From the human T2T-CHM13v2.0 reference genome, Homo sapiens: DNA of 64,000 bases. Shown here in pieces: positions 1 through 13,600 of this stretch. The stretch lies in NCBI RefSeq assembly GCF_009914755.1, contig NC_060927.1, one strand, 5' to 3'. Each line of letters begins with the position of its first letter. Position 1 is the first letter of the stretch. The notes beneath the pieces were generated by a model, which made no database searches, was not told where the DNA came from, and saw only the letters and a program-made list of their open reading frames with translations. The translations under genes were made by a program, and so were the position numbers.

Positions 1-2183
1 GAAGTGGATTTATAGAGAGAACTCAAAATGCACACTAACATTAAACATCAAGTGAAATTTGGATGTCACGTTCTCCACTGTATTCTTATGTTTGTGTGTT
101 TGTTGTTTTAACTTGCTTTAATGGCCTATAAGTTATGGAATCCTAATTTTAGATCTGTGAGTAAAACTATCTGGAAATCATTTCAGTATAGCTGTGATAT
201 TCTCTATAAATGAAACATTTCAATCACTGGTGTATTTGATGTGTTTTGTAACCATCCACATGAGAACTCTGTCCACATCTGCAGATCATTATGGGTGTAC
301 ATTCCTAAGCTTCCCAAAGTATTGATCCCTCACTTTGCATCTCACAATAATGGAAGACATGCATACGCCTTGAAAAGCACTCACCATTACTCTCTTGGCT
401 CATTACTCTTATCCACTGGACAGTAAAAGTAATCTATTAAAATCATATGTAAAACCACTGCTTCCCTCTTACACTAGACATTTTAATGCAGTGATATAAC
501 ATCATTTAACTGGAAATAATAGAACTCACTGCATTCTAAGATAGAACAGCTGAAACAAATATAACTTAAAATAAGAGTGTATTAGCTGTGCTTCTGTCTT
601 AGACTATGTGGTCAGTATCCAAGAAACTAGCACAAAAAATGGTGACATGTTTGAGAGTCAGTACACAACCTGAAGGACTGAACCAACTGGCAGGACCTAT
701 ATCCTTTAACATATCAGAAGACTTTTTGTCTTACTAATTAGAAGTAGCTTTGAGTTCTTCCACAAATTGGCCAAGCTAAACCTACTCCAATGTTTATATT
801 ATTATTTTCTCCCTGAGCTTAAGTTAGTAAGGTCTGGTAGTTGATTTACTAAACTTCATGGGAGCAATTTTGTCACAGTGAAGTAGAATATCATGCTGGG
901 GTATGAAAATCAGAATTTCATAACCGTCTATCCAGGACTGTGGTTAAGTCACTGGCTTTTCTGATCCTGAGGCTTGCCATTTACATATGTCTTTCCCATT
1001 TCTGAACCATTTTTAGCCAGGAATTTCTGCAAGGGGTAATGTGGTTATTAGTAGGATTTTTGAGATTTTTTAAAATAAAAGCTTTAGTATGTGAAACGCT
1101 ATTGTTTACTTAAATCAGAGAGACAAGGGAAAGGTTCTAATTTAAGAAATTACCAGCAAATAATACCAAGAAAGCTTCAAAGAGCAAACATCTAGAAAAC
1201 AATATTAGTGCAGCATATTTTTATTTCCATTTTTATTCTTGCTTTTGTATAGGCGCAGTAAAAACTAGCTCTAGCAAGAGTAACCTCCCTTAGAAATTAT
1301 CACTTTTGCAAAACAAGAAAGTTTCATCTAGATAATTAAAAAAGTCATCAGAGAGTTGGGTTTTGGTAATGATAAACATTAAATATTGAAGACTAATTTC
1401 TTTGGTCCATTTTGTACCTTTTTTCACAGAATTACAGCAAAAAAAAATGCTTTATTTTTCTAATTCTCATTGAAATCTTTCCTACAAAGATAACCTCCTT
1501 TCAAGTCACTCTTGAGATATTAGTTTAATTGCCTCAAATAATTGAGCTGTTTTGCATATACAGATAGCATATTATTATTTGGCTATGATGTAGCTTCCAT
1601 CCTTTGTAGAAAAAAGTTATTATAATCTAACTGTAAAAGATTAGATAAATTAGTGCTAGATCCAAATGTTAAAATCAAGGCCCTATTAATACTTTCTAGA
1701 TCAAATATTAGCCTGCTAGATATTAATTACTTTTCCGATGCTTAATATATCTAGAAATTCATGACACTGTTTGCTTTTCCTCTCTGCTCTGCCACTTTAT
1801 CCACTGTTGTATTTACTATCACTGACAATGGAGTTTGGTAAGCTGTGCATTCCTTATGCCACTCTGCTGGATTGGCTGTTTAGTTTCTTTTTTAAAATGC
1901 AAGAAAACTGAAAGCACAGAAAAAGATAACATAAAATTGACCTCAGCCTAGTAACATGCTATGCAGTTGAGTTATATTCTAGAATTGCTGCCTGTACTCA
2001 AATTCTTTTGACCTACAAATTGTCAAAGAAGAGATAACACACTGCCTACACTATTGATTTTATTCATCATAATTTTTGCTTTAACATCCCAAATGCCCAA
2101 CACATTATAAATCATTTATTGTGCCTGATACTAATCAATATGCCATGGACAAAAGTTAAAAAATAGTATCATTGGTGACACAG

Positions 2184-2192
2184 TGATGATGG

Positions 2193-2232
<40 letters not shown>

Positions 2233-2240
2233 AATGATGA
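2184..2240. repeat. (GAT)n trinucleotide microsatellite
   Basis: 13 perfect GAT units at 2194-2232 with degenerate flanking units. Confidence 0.95.
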
Positions 2241-2865
2241 CTATGAAGATCAGCTTATGTTATGAAAAGGGCTTTCTGCAAGGGATCAGTCTAGTTACCA
2301 AGTGTTTCTAGAAATTGAGCATGCACCAAAGAATTTAGCAAGTTACCAAAGAAAAAAATCTGGTGTAGAAATGGTATAAGTTGCAGTACAATTTATGTAA
2401 TGAATTATAACTTAAATATTAATTTTATGGTACATAATTTAACTCTTTGCAGCTGTTCCTAAATTTTTAAGTGTCCTTCAGGTGCCTGCAAGTAGCACTA
2501 CTTCAGAAATGGAATGAGGTAGGGTTCTTTTGTTTTGGTATCCTGTCACAATAGCTTTCACCTGCCATCAACAACATGGGCCTACAAATAAAAAGATGGC
2601 AGTACCTGGAAGCCAGTTGATGATGTGTTTTTGAACCTTGAATAAGCTGCTTATTTTGAAGAGCTGCTGCCAATATCTCTTCCCACCACCAAGCTGTCAG
2701 GAGCATTCTGTAGCTGTGCTTAGGATAGTACAGTTGTGGACATGTCTGCCTGGGTGTTTGGATGATGAGATCACAGGCCTCTGTGCAACTTCAGTAGGAG
2801 ATCTAGAAGACAGTCCTGCCTTGGTCAGTGTTAAATACACATTAATGGTTAGGTTTGTTTTTTAA

Positions 2866-3032
2866 GGAGAAAGAAGCAAACGAAAAAGGAAGAATGGAAA
2901 AAAGGAAGAAGTGGGGGAGGGGGGAAGAAGGAAAGATGGAGGAAAGGAAGGATGGAAAGAAGGAAAGATGGAGGAAAGGAAGGATGGAAAGAAGGAAGGA
3001 AGGGAGTGAGGGAGGGAGGGAGGGAGAGAGGG
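2866..3032. repeat. GA-rich low-complexity tract, (GGAA/GGGA)n-like
   Basis: Near-pure purine run; explains ORFs 2842..3036 and 2855..3043. Confidence 0.9.
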
Positions 3033-3089
3033 ACATTACATGACTGTATTATTTTCCTGATTAAAGTAAATTCAGACGATCATTCCAAA

Positions 3090-3402
3090 GCAGTGTAGCT
3101 CAGTAGAAATACAATGCAAACCACATATGTAATTGAAATTTTTCTAGTAGTCACATTTAAAAAGTAAAAAAAAAGTGGGTGGGTGAAATATTTTAATAAT
3201 ATATTTTAGTGAACCCAATATATTACTTCAATATGTAATCAGTAAAAAAACACTATTCATGAGATATTTTACATTTCTGTGCTGCATCTTTGATCTGATA
3301 TGTATTTTACACTTGGGGCACATTTCAATTCAGGCTAATCATGTTTCAAGTGCTTAATTGCCACCTGCGGCCAATGACGACTTAATATATTGGACAGTGC
3401 AG
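3090..3402. mobile_element. MER33-like hAT-Charlie MITE
   Basis: 'tagaaatacaatgcaaaccacatatgtaattgaaatttttctagtagtcacatt' ... 'tattggacagtgcag' match recalled MER33 ends. Confidence 0.8.
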
Positions 3403-3424
3403 CTCTAGAACGTCTTACAAGATC

Positions 3425-3574
3425 AGGCTGAAGCTGATTTCCAGCTGAGACCACATCATTGTTTGGCTCCTATCCCTGTCTTATCCTTCTTTTCTCACCC
3501 ATTTCTCCCCAAATACATCACTTGTACAGGAATCCTTATCTCAGACTTTGCTTCTGAGGAAATTGACCTAAGCA
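3425..3574 (+). mobile_element. LTR16-like (ERVL) LTR 3' fragment
   Basis: 'ctgagaccacatc ... catcacttgtacaggaatccttatctcagactttgcttctgaggaaattgacctaag' resembles the LTR16 3' end. Confidence 0.6.
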
Positions 3575-4366
3575 AATGCTTAATAAAATGTAGCATTTCT
3601 CATTTAATAATGAATCAGACAGGTTTCTTCTTGATATTACCTCCTCCTTACCATGCCTCCTGTCTCTTTTACCCTCAAAGTCTACCTATCTCTCCATATC
3701 CCAACTGATTTGAAAAATGAATATTCTGTAGAAACTTGTGGAGCCAGCAGCGGTAACTTCTTAGTATCTACTGACATTTTAACCACTTGGTGTGGTAACA
3801 GACTACAAAAACTCCTGATCTGGAGTTTGTTTTTTAATCTGGGGACTAATACATGTGCAAAGTGTTTGCAGCACTTCTGTCTATGGAGTGGGCTTTCCAT
3901 GTTCTTAGTTTCCCAAAATGGGACCCCAGCATTAGGGATAAGCGCATTCAGGTAAAATGTCAAAACAAAAGCCATTTTCAAAAGACGTGTCCAAAAAAGA
4001 GAGAGAGAGTTTGACAATTGCCGGTAAGATGTATTGAATATATATTTTAGTTTGTTTCTTTTTAATATCTCTCATTCAAATTCTATTAAAAAACAACAAG
4101 CATTTGGTCTCTCTTATCTTTTGGGAGTAATTTTTTTAAAGACCTTTACAAGGTGCTGTTCTTTTTATGTACCCCAAGCATAGTGATGGATGGATTGCTA
4201 GCTGTTCTCAAGATGGCAGAAAATTGACTATCAAGGACAAATGGTATGCATCCCCAGGCAGCACTGACTCTGGAAAAACATTGAAGTTGTCTCTGTGTGA
4301 AGTAGCTATGCATTTTTGCTTTATTGTATGTTTTTGCTTGCTTTTTGTCTGTTTCTTTTTTTTCAG

Positions 4367-4405
4367 TTTGAGCAGAAGCACGGAACTCTGCGGACTGGCA
4401 AGTTG
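4367..4405 (+). other. Candidate 39-nt cassette exon of an unidentified host gene
   Basis: Long T-rich tract ending 'tttcag' (AG 4365-4366), donor TTG|GTAAGG at 4405/4406; length is a multiple of 3; two of three frames open. Confidence 0.45.
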
Positions 4406-4744
4406 GTAAGGATATTAATTGCATTTTAACATCAGTTCAGTTCAAAAAAGATTGAAAGTAGAGAGAAAAGAAAATCTTTCAACAATCAGTGAATTAAACT
4501 CCAAATAGTTTTGCAGTTTGTTCCAATCCATTCTCATTCATGGTGGATCTCAAGTGACCTTTTCCTAGGAAATTCTTTAAACTTGTTCACAATGAGAGAG
4601 AAGAAAGTTGGTGAATGCAAATTCTTCTGTTTCATCTGTTAGGACAATCAATCAATAGAGGATAAAGATGAAAATATAAAAAAGAAAAAAGAAGCTGTAT
4701 TAAAGCAAGCCAAATTGTTAAGTGAGAGGTAGACTATTGTTATG

Positions 4745-4885
4745 AATGAGTATTGGAATTAGAAGAGTTGGGTTATAGTTATAATATGTGACCTTGAGGA
4801 AAACACTGCACCTCTTAAAGCCACAGCTTTTATCTTTAAGTGGGGTGATTGGATTAAATGGTTGTTAAGCTTCCCATCAGTACTG
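4745..4885 (+). mobile_element. MIR-family SINE fragment
   Basis: Core-like 'tgtgaccttgaggaaaacactgcacctcttaaagccacagcttttatctttaagtgggg'. Confidence 0.55.
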
Positions 4886-6006
4886 TACTATGGTTCTATG
4901 GTTCCAAGCAGCTTATATAAAGATACTTTAAATTGTGCTGCTTGCTTTATGCTGATTGCAAGCATATTTCTGGGTCAATGGGTATGGTGGAAAGAGTTTT
5001 GGGAGCAGATAAATTTAAGTTTAAATTCTACACCTACCACTTAACTACTACTAGCTCATCTGAGAGACAGAGATAATAATACCTACTTCTCAGAGTTTTG
5101 TGGATGTCCTTGAACAATGTCTGGAACAAAATAGCTTTGACAAAAAAAAAACTTTCCTTTCTTTTCAGCTATTGGGAGGATATCTTTCTGACACATCTTC
5201 CCTGTATTCTAGAAAAATAGCCCTTAACTGGAAACTGACTTTTCCCTAAGCATATGCAATGCATCTGGGTAGAAGAAGGGAGACTGGGAATTGTTATACT
5301 CCCGGGAAACAACTTCTGGTGCTCCAGGGGAAACCCACACCTTATTAAAGGTCATCCTACAAGACCAAACGAACGCAAGGGGACCATATTGCTGTTCAAA
5401 TAAATAGCAGAGAAATACAAGTAAATGTTTCCTGAGAATCAACATATAACAAAAAAGACCCAGAGAAATAATGCAGAGCATTGCATGGGAGGGGCAAGAG
5501 AGAGAAGGGGAAACTGACTTGTGGATCTGTCTGACTCTACTGCAGGAATCTTAGCAGTTTTTCATGTGGGATCAGGGCACAAGTGACTTTCATCAAGGTT
5601 GAAACTGGCAGAAGAAAAAGCTTGGGACTTATCCATATTGAAATTGCAAAAAGAATACTCCTTTACATTTCTCGTAATTTAAAATAAAGTCGCTGCCACT
5701 GTGGTCCATCTCCCCTTGCAATTTTCTAGTAGATTAAAAAGCACATCAGGTTGTGATGGTTAAGCTATTTGCATAAATTTTCCATATAGTTGAAGGTATT
5801 TCATATGTCAAATTATCATTCTATCTAATATTTTCTGTTTAATGTTTTCATTAACATGATTTTTGATTTCAGCAATTTGCATATGCATATTGTCTCATTA
5901 TCTTAATATAATACTATTTGGAAAGACTGATTCCTAAATAGATGGTGTGAATACAATTACCCTGATGAGGTCTTGCTTAAATTATCAGAAAACTTTCAAA
6001 ACGTGT

Positions 6007-6114
6007 TTATATTCTGGCTTATATAAATTAATCATTAAAACAAGAATTAAGGATTTATCATTATATTCTGATTTGTATTAATTAATCATTAAAACAAGAA
6101 TTAAGGATTTATCA
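6007..6114. repeat. 54-bp tandem duplication
   Basis: 6007-6060 and 6061-6114 are 50/54 identical. Confidence 0.9.
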
Positions 6115-6499
6115 GAGAGGTTATATGGGTTCTTAAATTGGTTTTCTTTTATTCCTTTTACACATGTATCCCCGATCTTGCTCTGTTAACCGTGTGTTAT
6201 GTCTAGACTCCTAATGCACTGTCAGAGAAGAGAGTATAGCAAAAGAAGCCTGGTATTCAGAAGAATTACTTTAAGGTAGAAAAAGGTAGAGTACGTTATT
6301 TGTTTTTAAGAAAAGTATGTTTTTACAAAACATATAAATATTAAACATAATTTCATTATTTTTAGTGAAAGTTAGTGATAAGCACTTCACTTTACATGTG
6401 AGTCTTAGCTCAGATACCTTATATATGTTTTCAACTGCTTGAGTAACAACCATCAATGATGACCAAAGAAACATAGGGTAGCTATCATCTCATATAATA

Positions 6500-6660
6500 A
6501 GTCATTCATGTATCCACTCATTCAGGAAGACATTTACTGATCACAAGCTTTATGCCAGGCATAGAGCCAGAAGGCAGGTGTGTAATGATAGTGATGACAC
6601 AGCCCATCCCTTCAGATACCTTCCCCTAGCTTAGCAAGACAGACAAAAAATGAGCAATTA
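6500..6660 (-). mobile_element. L2 3' end fragment
   Basis: 'tcattcatgtatccactcattc...catttactgatcacaagctttatgccaggcatag' is a typical antisense L2 tail. Confidence 0.55.
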
Positions 6661-6959
6661 TCATTGACTTTGCATGGCCCAGAGTTGATGAGCAAGTTTC
6701 CTGCTAAGTAACCGTGCTCTCCTAGTCATAATTAATATGCCTTTTTCCCCTACCAAATACATACAGATACTTAGGCCTTAAAATGCATTATGTTCAGAAA
6801 GATATGAATATGTTGCATTCTCATTGAGATTTGTGTCTTATATAAGTTGTATCCCACCGAGTGCTGTTTCTATTCTATAAAAATACTACATAAATTTAAA
6901 GAAAGAAATGGATAAAGAGAGAGTGCAAGGGAAGAGGGAGAATTATTCTACCATTATAT

Positions 6960-7190
6960 ACAGTTTGAGTATATAGAGCTTGGAGTCAGAAACATTGTTT
7001 ATTGAATTCCCTGTCATCAATTTCTAATCGTGTGACCTTGAACAAAAGCATTTAACCTTTCAGAAAGTCATTTTCTTATTCATACTATGAGGATGAGCAT
7101 ACCTATACTGCAGGGTGTCTGTAAGGTTTGGAGATGTGTCATATGCATGAATTCTGGCAGAGTATATACCACTGAGATACAATAGATGCA
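6960..7190 (+). mobile_element. MIR
   Basis: 'gcttggagtcaga ... tgtgaccttgaacaaa ... cctatactgcagggtgtctgtaagg'. Confidence 0.65.
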
Positions 7191-7702
7191 GGAATCTTAC
7201 ATAGAAAATGTACAATTCAGCATGTGTATCAGCATTTGACTGCTTAAACCATAAAACTGAGTTAGGATCCCAGTCTCTCTCCCCTTGAAAAGCATGCTTA
7301 GACCTCTATGTCTATGCAAATCCTATTGAAATTTCAAAAGCCAGCTTCAGCTCCATTCCCTCATGGAAGATATCCTTTCATGCCCCAGTACTCCTTGAGC
7401 TCCTCTTTTCTGAACATCCCAAAATCAGCAGCACATCGTTGTAAGAGGAATAAATCCATGCCCAGGGAGTTCAGGGTGATGAACTTAACAGAAGAAACAG
7501 GAACTCGACCCCTGATGATTATTTGCTAAGAGATTGAAGTTATTAACCACCTTGAGCTTTAGTTAGTTTCCTTGTTTTTTATCTCTGAATTTCTGGGTTT
7601 CTCTGTGACAGGGATAGAATCCCTATAAGGATTCAATGAACAATTCAAAGTCTAGCACAGAATCGGCCCCATAGCATGGATTCCACAAATCCTTGTTTCT
7701 TT

Positions 7703-8175
7703 TGTGTATTCCTTCCATAGAGATCCTGTGACAAATTACCATAAACTGGGTGGCTTAAAACCACAGAAGTCTTATTCTGATACAGTTTGGGTGGCTGGAA
7801 GTCTGAAATCAAGGTGTCAGCAGGTTTGGTTCCTTCAGGAAGTTCTGAGGGGGAATTTTTTCCATGCCTCTCTCCTAGCTTCTAGTTGCCAGCAAACCTT
7901 GGCATTTTTTGGATTGTAGCTGACTCACTCCGATCTCTGACTCTGTGTCACATGACATTCTCCCTTGGGTACCTGTGTGTACCCTTTGTGTCTAAGCTTT
8001 CTCCCAATTCTCTTATAAATATACCCATCATTGATTTCAGGGCCTACCTTAACCAAGTATGACCTCATTTTAATTTAACTAATTATATCTGCAAAGATTT
8101 TATTTCCAAATAAGGGTGCATTGGGATTCCTGATGGACATGACTTTGATGTGAAGGGGGCACTATCCAACCCACT
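7703..8175 (-). mobile_element. MLT1C-like MaLR solo LTR
   Basis: 'acaaattaccataaactgggtggcttaaaa', 'gaagtctgaaatcaaggtgtcagcagg', 'tctgcaaagattttatttccaaataagg'. Confidence 0.8.
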
Positions 8176-10137
8176 TTCTTTCTACTTTTGTATTCCCTCA
8201 TAGCATCTGACATGATGTTGAACATGTCACAAGTGTAAACAGGTAGAACTTAAGTTAATAAGCCAGAGCCTTCCTAAGAAATCCTTGACTTCATAGCCAA
8301 GGACTACATTTATTAAGCCTTAAATATACTCTCTGAAAAATTCAACCCTATTGTTCACAAACAAGAATGAACTATTAGCACAGCAAGGCTAAAAGCATAT
8401 TTCAAGATACATACCCTAGTTACTATTAGTAACAACTAAGTAACAGCATGAATGCAAGAGCCAGGAACATTTTCTGTTTAAAGTGCGTATGAACACCAGA
8501 GTTTTTCTTATGCTGGGAAAATGTGTTTAAAATTTAGAACTGTATCCACATGCGTGCAGTAATGATTTTTAAAAATTAATTAGATTTATTTATACTCATG
8601 TCTCGATACCTACACTTTAGTGATATGTTTGCCCATGATTTTGGTGGTGTCCTTTCAAAAGATGAAAGGTGTGAATTAGAGGACTGAGTTAATTAAGTTA
8701 ATCATATGTTCTCTATCAAAAATAATGGGTCCGTCTAGACATTTATTTTACCATTATCTGTGAAGGTGTAGGAGTGTTTGAATATCTAACCTTCTTTTGA
8801 GAATTGCATAGACACACTTTTGGCAAAATGGTCTTTGCACAAGCTGCTTGAGGTTTAACTGTCCCTCTCACATTTATCTTCCAAACCACCACCACTATTC
8901 CTTAACATTGTAGTAGAAAATCCTAATATCAATGTTTAAAATAATATGCACAGATAATAAACAACATATTGTGACTGAAAGTTTATTATTAAATAAGGGA
9001 ATTAACCTTTAAACTTACTCTAGCAAAAAAAAAAAAGCCATGAGTGTTTTTCAAATAGGATTAATAGAATCATCTTTGGGGACTCCTCATAGAGTTCAAG
9101 GTTTTACTTCTGGGATAAAATTTATATAATTTTGGTATGCCAAGCAAAATATTTCATAATATGTTTCTAATTTGACATTTGCCTGCCTATTGCCACCTAC
9201 TAAAGCTTTCATAATTATTCCTTCCTGAAAACTAATAGACCTTGACTGTTCTTTAAAAATATCAGGCTCTCTGACTTTATACTTTTGCACGTACTGATTT
9301 TTCAAACTAGAATGTTTTCTCTTCCTTTGGGTTATCTGTTATGTGCACTAAAAATGTATATAAAATGTATGTCACTCCAGGAAAAAAATATATAAATAAA
9401 AATTACTGTATTTCATCTTACCTTCTTTATGTAAAAATTAATTATAATTCTTGTTTATAAACCACAAAAATGATCTTTATTATATAACTAAATAAGAAAT
9501 GACTAGGAAGGTGGCTGCAGATATGGAAGGAAGGGCTCTAGGTCGGCTATTCTGCCATGCTATTGCATTGGCTGCATTCTCAGGGTATACGACTCCCAGG
9601 TCCATCCGGGCATATCTAGTAGAAGAAAATACGTCATGTTTCTCTTGTGCCTCTTTTATAGGAGAGAAAATAAAACTTTCCCAGAGCTCACAGCAAAGGC
9701 CCCATAATATGCCTGTAAATAAAATTCTGTCTTATGATCCCCATTGCGGAACCAAACACCAGAATTGTCAGGATTCACACAGTCTAATTATTTGAGGTGA
9801 ATAGCTGTTGAGGTTCTACTATATTACCACTTTTAGAGCCCACAATATCCTGAAAATAAGGACAGAATAAATCCCAGTACATTTACTATAATCTTTAAAT
9901 TTCAAAATCCAGATCCAGGGATATTTTATGGTCTTTTGGGACAAGTTCCTAATTGTGAGAAACAAGGCAAGGGCTTAATTTGAATATCTTATTAATTGTG
10001 TAATATTAAGCAACTAATTTTGCACCACTAGAAACTTGTGCCTTTGTGTTTATAATAAAGGGTTCTGGCAAAAAGCTATGTTCTCTATGGGTTGTCTGTG
10101 TGTGTGTGTGGCTGTGTGTGTGTTTTCTATGATTCTA

Positions 10138-10196
10138 TTAGGTTGGCACAAAAGTAATTGCAGCTTTTGCAAAAAAATAATTTTGCACCAACCCAA
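10138..10196. mobile_element. MADE1 (Hsmar1 MITE), internally deleted
   Basis: TIRs ttaggttggcacaaaagtaattgc / ttttgcaccaacccaa, flanked by TA on both sides. Confidence 0.85.
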
Positions 10197-10466
10197 TACA
10201 TCTATATCTATGTTAAAATTGAAAACTCTAGTGCATTTATGCTGCTATAGAAATATGCTTAGCAGCTTTAAATAAATCAGGATAAATATGAAAAAGATTA
10301 ATATGCTGAAGACAGGACTGATAATATGGTTCACATTTCTCATTTTACTTTTCATTTAGTTGCTCTTCATTTTGCTATATATGAGCCTATACAATTATCA
10401 CTTGGCCCTTGTCTGTCTGTGGTGATCTTTTAAAGAAGCTCCTGAAATGAAAGAATTACTTCATTT

Positions 10467-10612
10467 CTGTGGTATCCATTATAGTGGCCACTAGCCAAAC
10501 ATAAATACTGAGCACTGGAAATCAGGCTAGTGTCAACGTGAAACTGAATTTTTAATTTTATTTTGTTTAAACAATGACATAGTGCCAGTGTCTACCATAT
10601 TGGACAGAGGGA
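10467..10612. mobile_element. MER3-like hAT-Charlie MITE fragment
   Basis: 'gtggccactagcc...tgagcactggaaat...aactgaatttttaatttta...ccatattggacag'. Confidence 0.7.
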
Positions 10613-13600
10613 TCTCAACTTCCATTTTTGTCTCAATTTTTACTATCTACTTCAGCTATAATTAGCTATAATCAGTTCCCACAATTTCCAAACAATGTCA
10701 TGTTTAATGTGCCTTTTCACAATCACCTGGTTTGCTTCAATGAAAGCCCTTACCTTTTAAACCACTTGAAAAACTTAGTTCTTTTATAAAATCTAATTTC
10801 ACCTTCCAATTAACCTATTAATTCTTAATCTCTTCCTCTTTGAAGTTTCATGGTAGTGTTCATTAGTAGTTTACTGCTTATAATTATTTTAGGTGAAAAT
10901 ATTATCACTGACCATTGTTACTCATCTCAACGTTCTTGCAAATAAATGCAGCTTTTGTTAGTGTTGTTTTTAACAATAGCATCATTTTTACAGTATTCAT
11001 TGATATTATAATTTCTAATAAGGAAATGTCAGTATTTGTTTGTAGGTTTAGGACCATATTATCTGGGAATCCACAGGGACAGTGGAAATAGCTTTGCAAA
11101 ATTCACTAATAATAAATAAGTTCACCTAAGTTAGATTAATGAAAAAGAAAAAAAGGAAAATTGATGGTTGCTGTTATAACTACAAAAGGACAGAAAAGAG
11201 GTTTTGTGGAGAAGAAGCATAAAACACGGGCCATTAACAAGAAATGTTGTGTAAAGATATTAAATGACAATTACCCTAAATAGTGCTACACTGTCTCTGT
11301 CCATCTGATGCTGGAATATTCTGGAAAGATCACTGAAGCCCCAGCATCAGCTCAACATTTGTTTTTGAGATAATTGGTATATTGAAAAGCAGAAAAATGT
11401 TTAGACTCTGTGATCTTGGGAAAGTTCTTTAACTATTTTGAAGTTTTCTTAATTATAAAGTTATCTAGATCACAGAGAATCACAGGAGATAATACATGTA
11501 AATTTTGTTTTGAATAATAAAAATACTGCCTTTATAAGTATTACCATGATTATTGTTATTATTATGATCTTCTGGTCAATTTGTTCAATTACAATTTCTG
11601 AAAACCTATCCTTTATCTTACATGTGTTGGGTACAAAGAATGTCATCTTTTCCAAAAAGTCTAGTTTAGTAGACATATAAAGATTTAAATTCATGAAACA
11701 TATCTAACAAGTTTCCAGATAACCATAGTAAAAAATAAAGTGTTTAGTTTCTAACAACTTGAAGAATGAATCAATTTTATGTAAAAGTTAAGTACAATAT
11801 TCTAGAGTATTTTTAATACTTCTCAAAAAATATGATAATTATGCTTCAATTTCTCTTTCTATGCAAATATAATCTTCAAATAATTGTTGTTCATAGCATA
11901 TTCCTCATTTCCAAAGTACATAAACTTTGTTCATTCCTCTCAGATGCCACTCTAACTTCTCCATTATCTCTCCTCCAGATTACAGATTTTTGAAGGATTT
12001 CTCGTTCTCCCAGGATTTCTTTTTGGATCTATTTTCCCTGATGTTTACTGGGTGGAATTTACTTTCCAAAATTCATATATGTCACTATTTTCCTCTATAA
12101 ACACTTTTATCACTTCTTAAAGGACTACTAATGTTTCCTTTAGTAGTTTCTTAACTGCTTGTATGTTTCTTAACTGGCTTTATGTTTCTTCACCTCACTT
12201 CCAAATTCATGCCTACAACTCTCCAACTAACCAGTTCAACTTATCCAAATATTGCCCTTTTCCCATGAATAGAGTTCTTGAGAGTCATTTGGGTAACTAC
12301 TCCCTCTTCAAGAGCATTCTTTACTACCCTTTTTGACTGATGATCTTTTATCATCAAGATGTAAATGAATATAACCTCAGTTATGTTACTCCATTTTAAA
12401 AAAGGACTAACTTATCAGTCTTGCAAGATTCTTCTTAATGTGCTGTTAGTTCTTAATATTGAATACTTTCCAGTGGCCTTTCCATTTACAAATCATTGCA
12501 AAACTCCCTGTCAGGTCCTCAAGGACTTAAGCTATAATAACACAAAATAGTACACTTGGTATTTGGAAGCAGAAGTTTGTAATGGGGATACCCTCAAACT
12601 TTCCCTTTATACTTGTTCTGGCTAATCATAATTTAAGCCATTATTAGGCCTCTATAAGATGCCAAAAGATTTCTCTACAAATGTTTCCCAGAGGAAAACT
12701 AAAAAGTTGATCCAAGATAACAATTCTATTTTTATTCCTACGAAGTATAGGATAAAGCAGCGAATAGCATCATCCCATAGTTTTAGTGTTCAGTAATTTG
12801 AATTTTAAAAAGTAATATGTTAAATTTCAGCTAAAGTTTGACCCACTACTTCTCAAATAGGATCAATAAAATAAAGGCAGATTTAGAGTTTTATATCAAA
12901 CCCTATTTGAGTACGACTGTGAAATAAAAGATAGAATTGAATATTTTTTTACAGAGTTAGAAAACCTGTACTTCTCTTCAAAGGCTTATAACTTAAAAAT
13001 GGTGTCTATGTTTCAGTCAAAGTTTCTTAAAGGAAATTTTCTTCTAGCCAGAGATTTTACAAGAAAATGTTCAAATGGGTAAAAAATAAAGTAGAAAAAG
13101 CTTTTAACAGAAAGTTAATAGGGTGGCCTAAATGGAACCTAAAATGGAAGCATTCACCCCCTTAATGTGACTCTTCATGGAACTTCAAAAGAAAAGACAG
13201 CATGACAAGCCTTCACTGAATTCCAGGATGAGGGTGGGCTGCAGTTGTCATTGGCTGAGATGGTTACTTCATTTCTGAATATATTTTATCCACAACTAAA
13301 ATAGTGGCCCATGGTACTTGGACTTTTTAAGCACAAAAATGATCACTGGCTTAAAAATCAATATGCCTTGCTATGGACATTGTTCTCAGCTTAGGTGAGA
13401 AAACAATCACATTGAGTTGTCATTTTTCATCTTAAAGAATACATGCTAATACTGACACAAGATATTAGAGACACCTTCTTGTACTCACAAAAAGGAACCA
13501 GTAGTGTGACATTTTCCATTCTTTTTCTAAGGTTTTTCATGAAAATGAGAGCTCCAAATGTGAATATTGATTATCTAAATGCCAATAATGGCATTTTACA

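Noticed and set aside
2482-2518. Possible 37-nt exon (ttcag...gag|gtaggg)
   Set aside because: Short pyrimidine tract, weaker donor, not frame-preserving; such pairs arise by chance.
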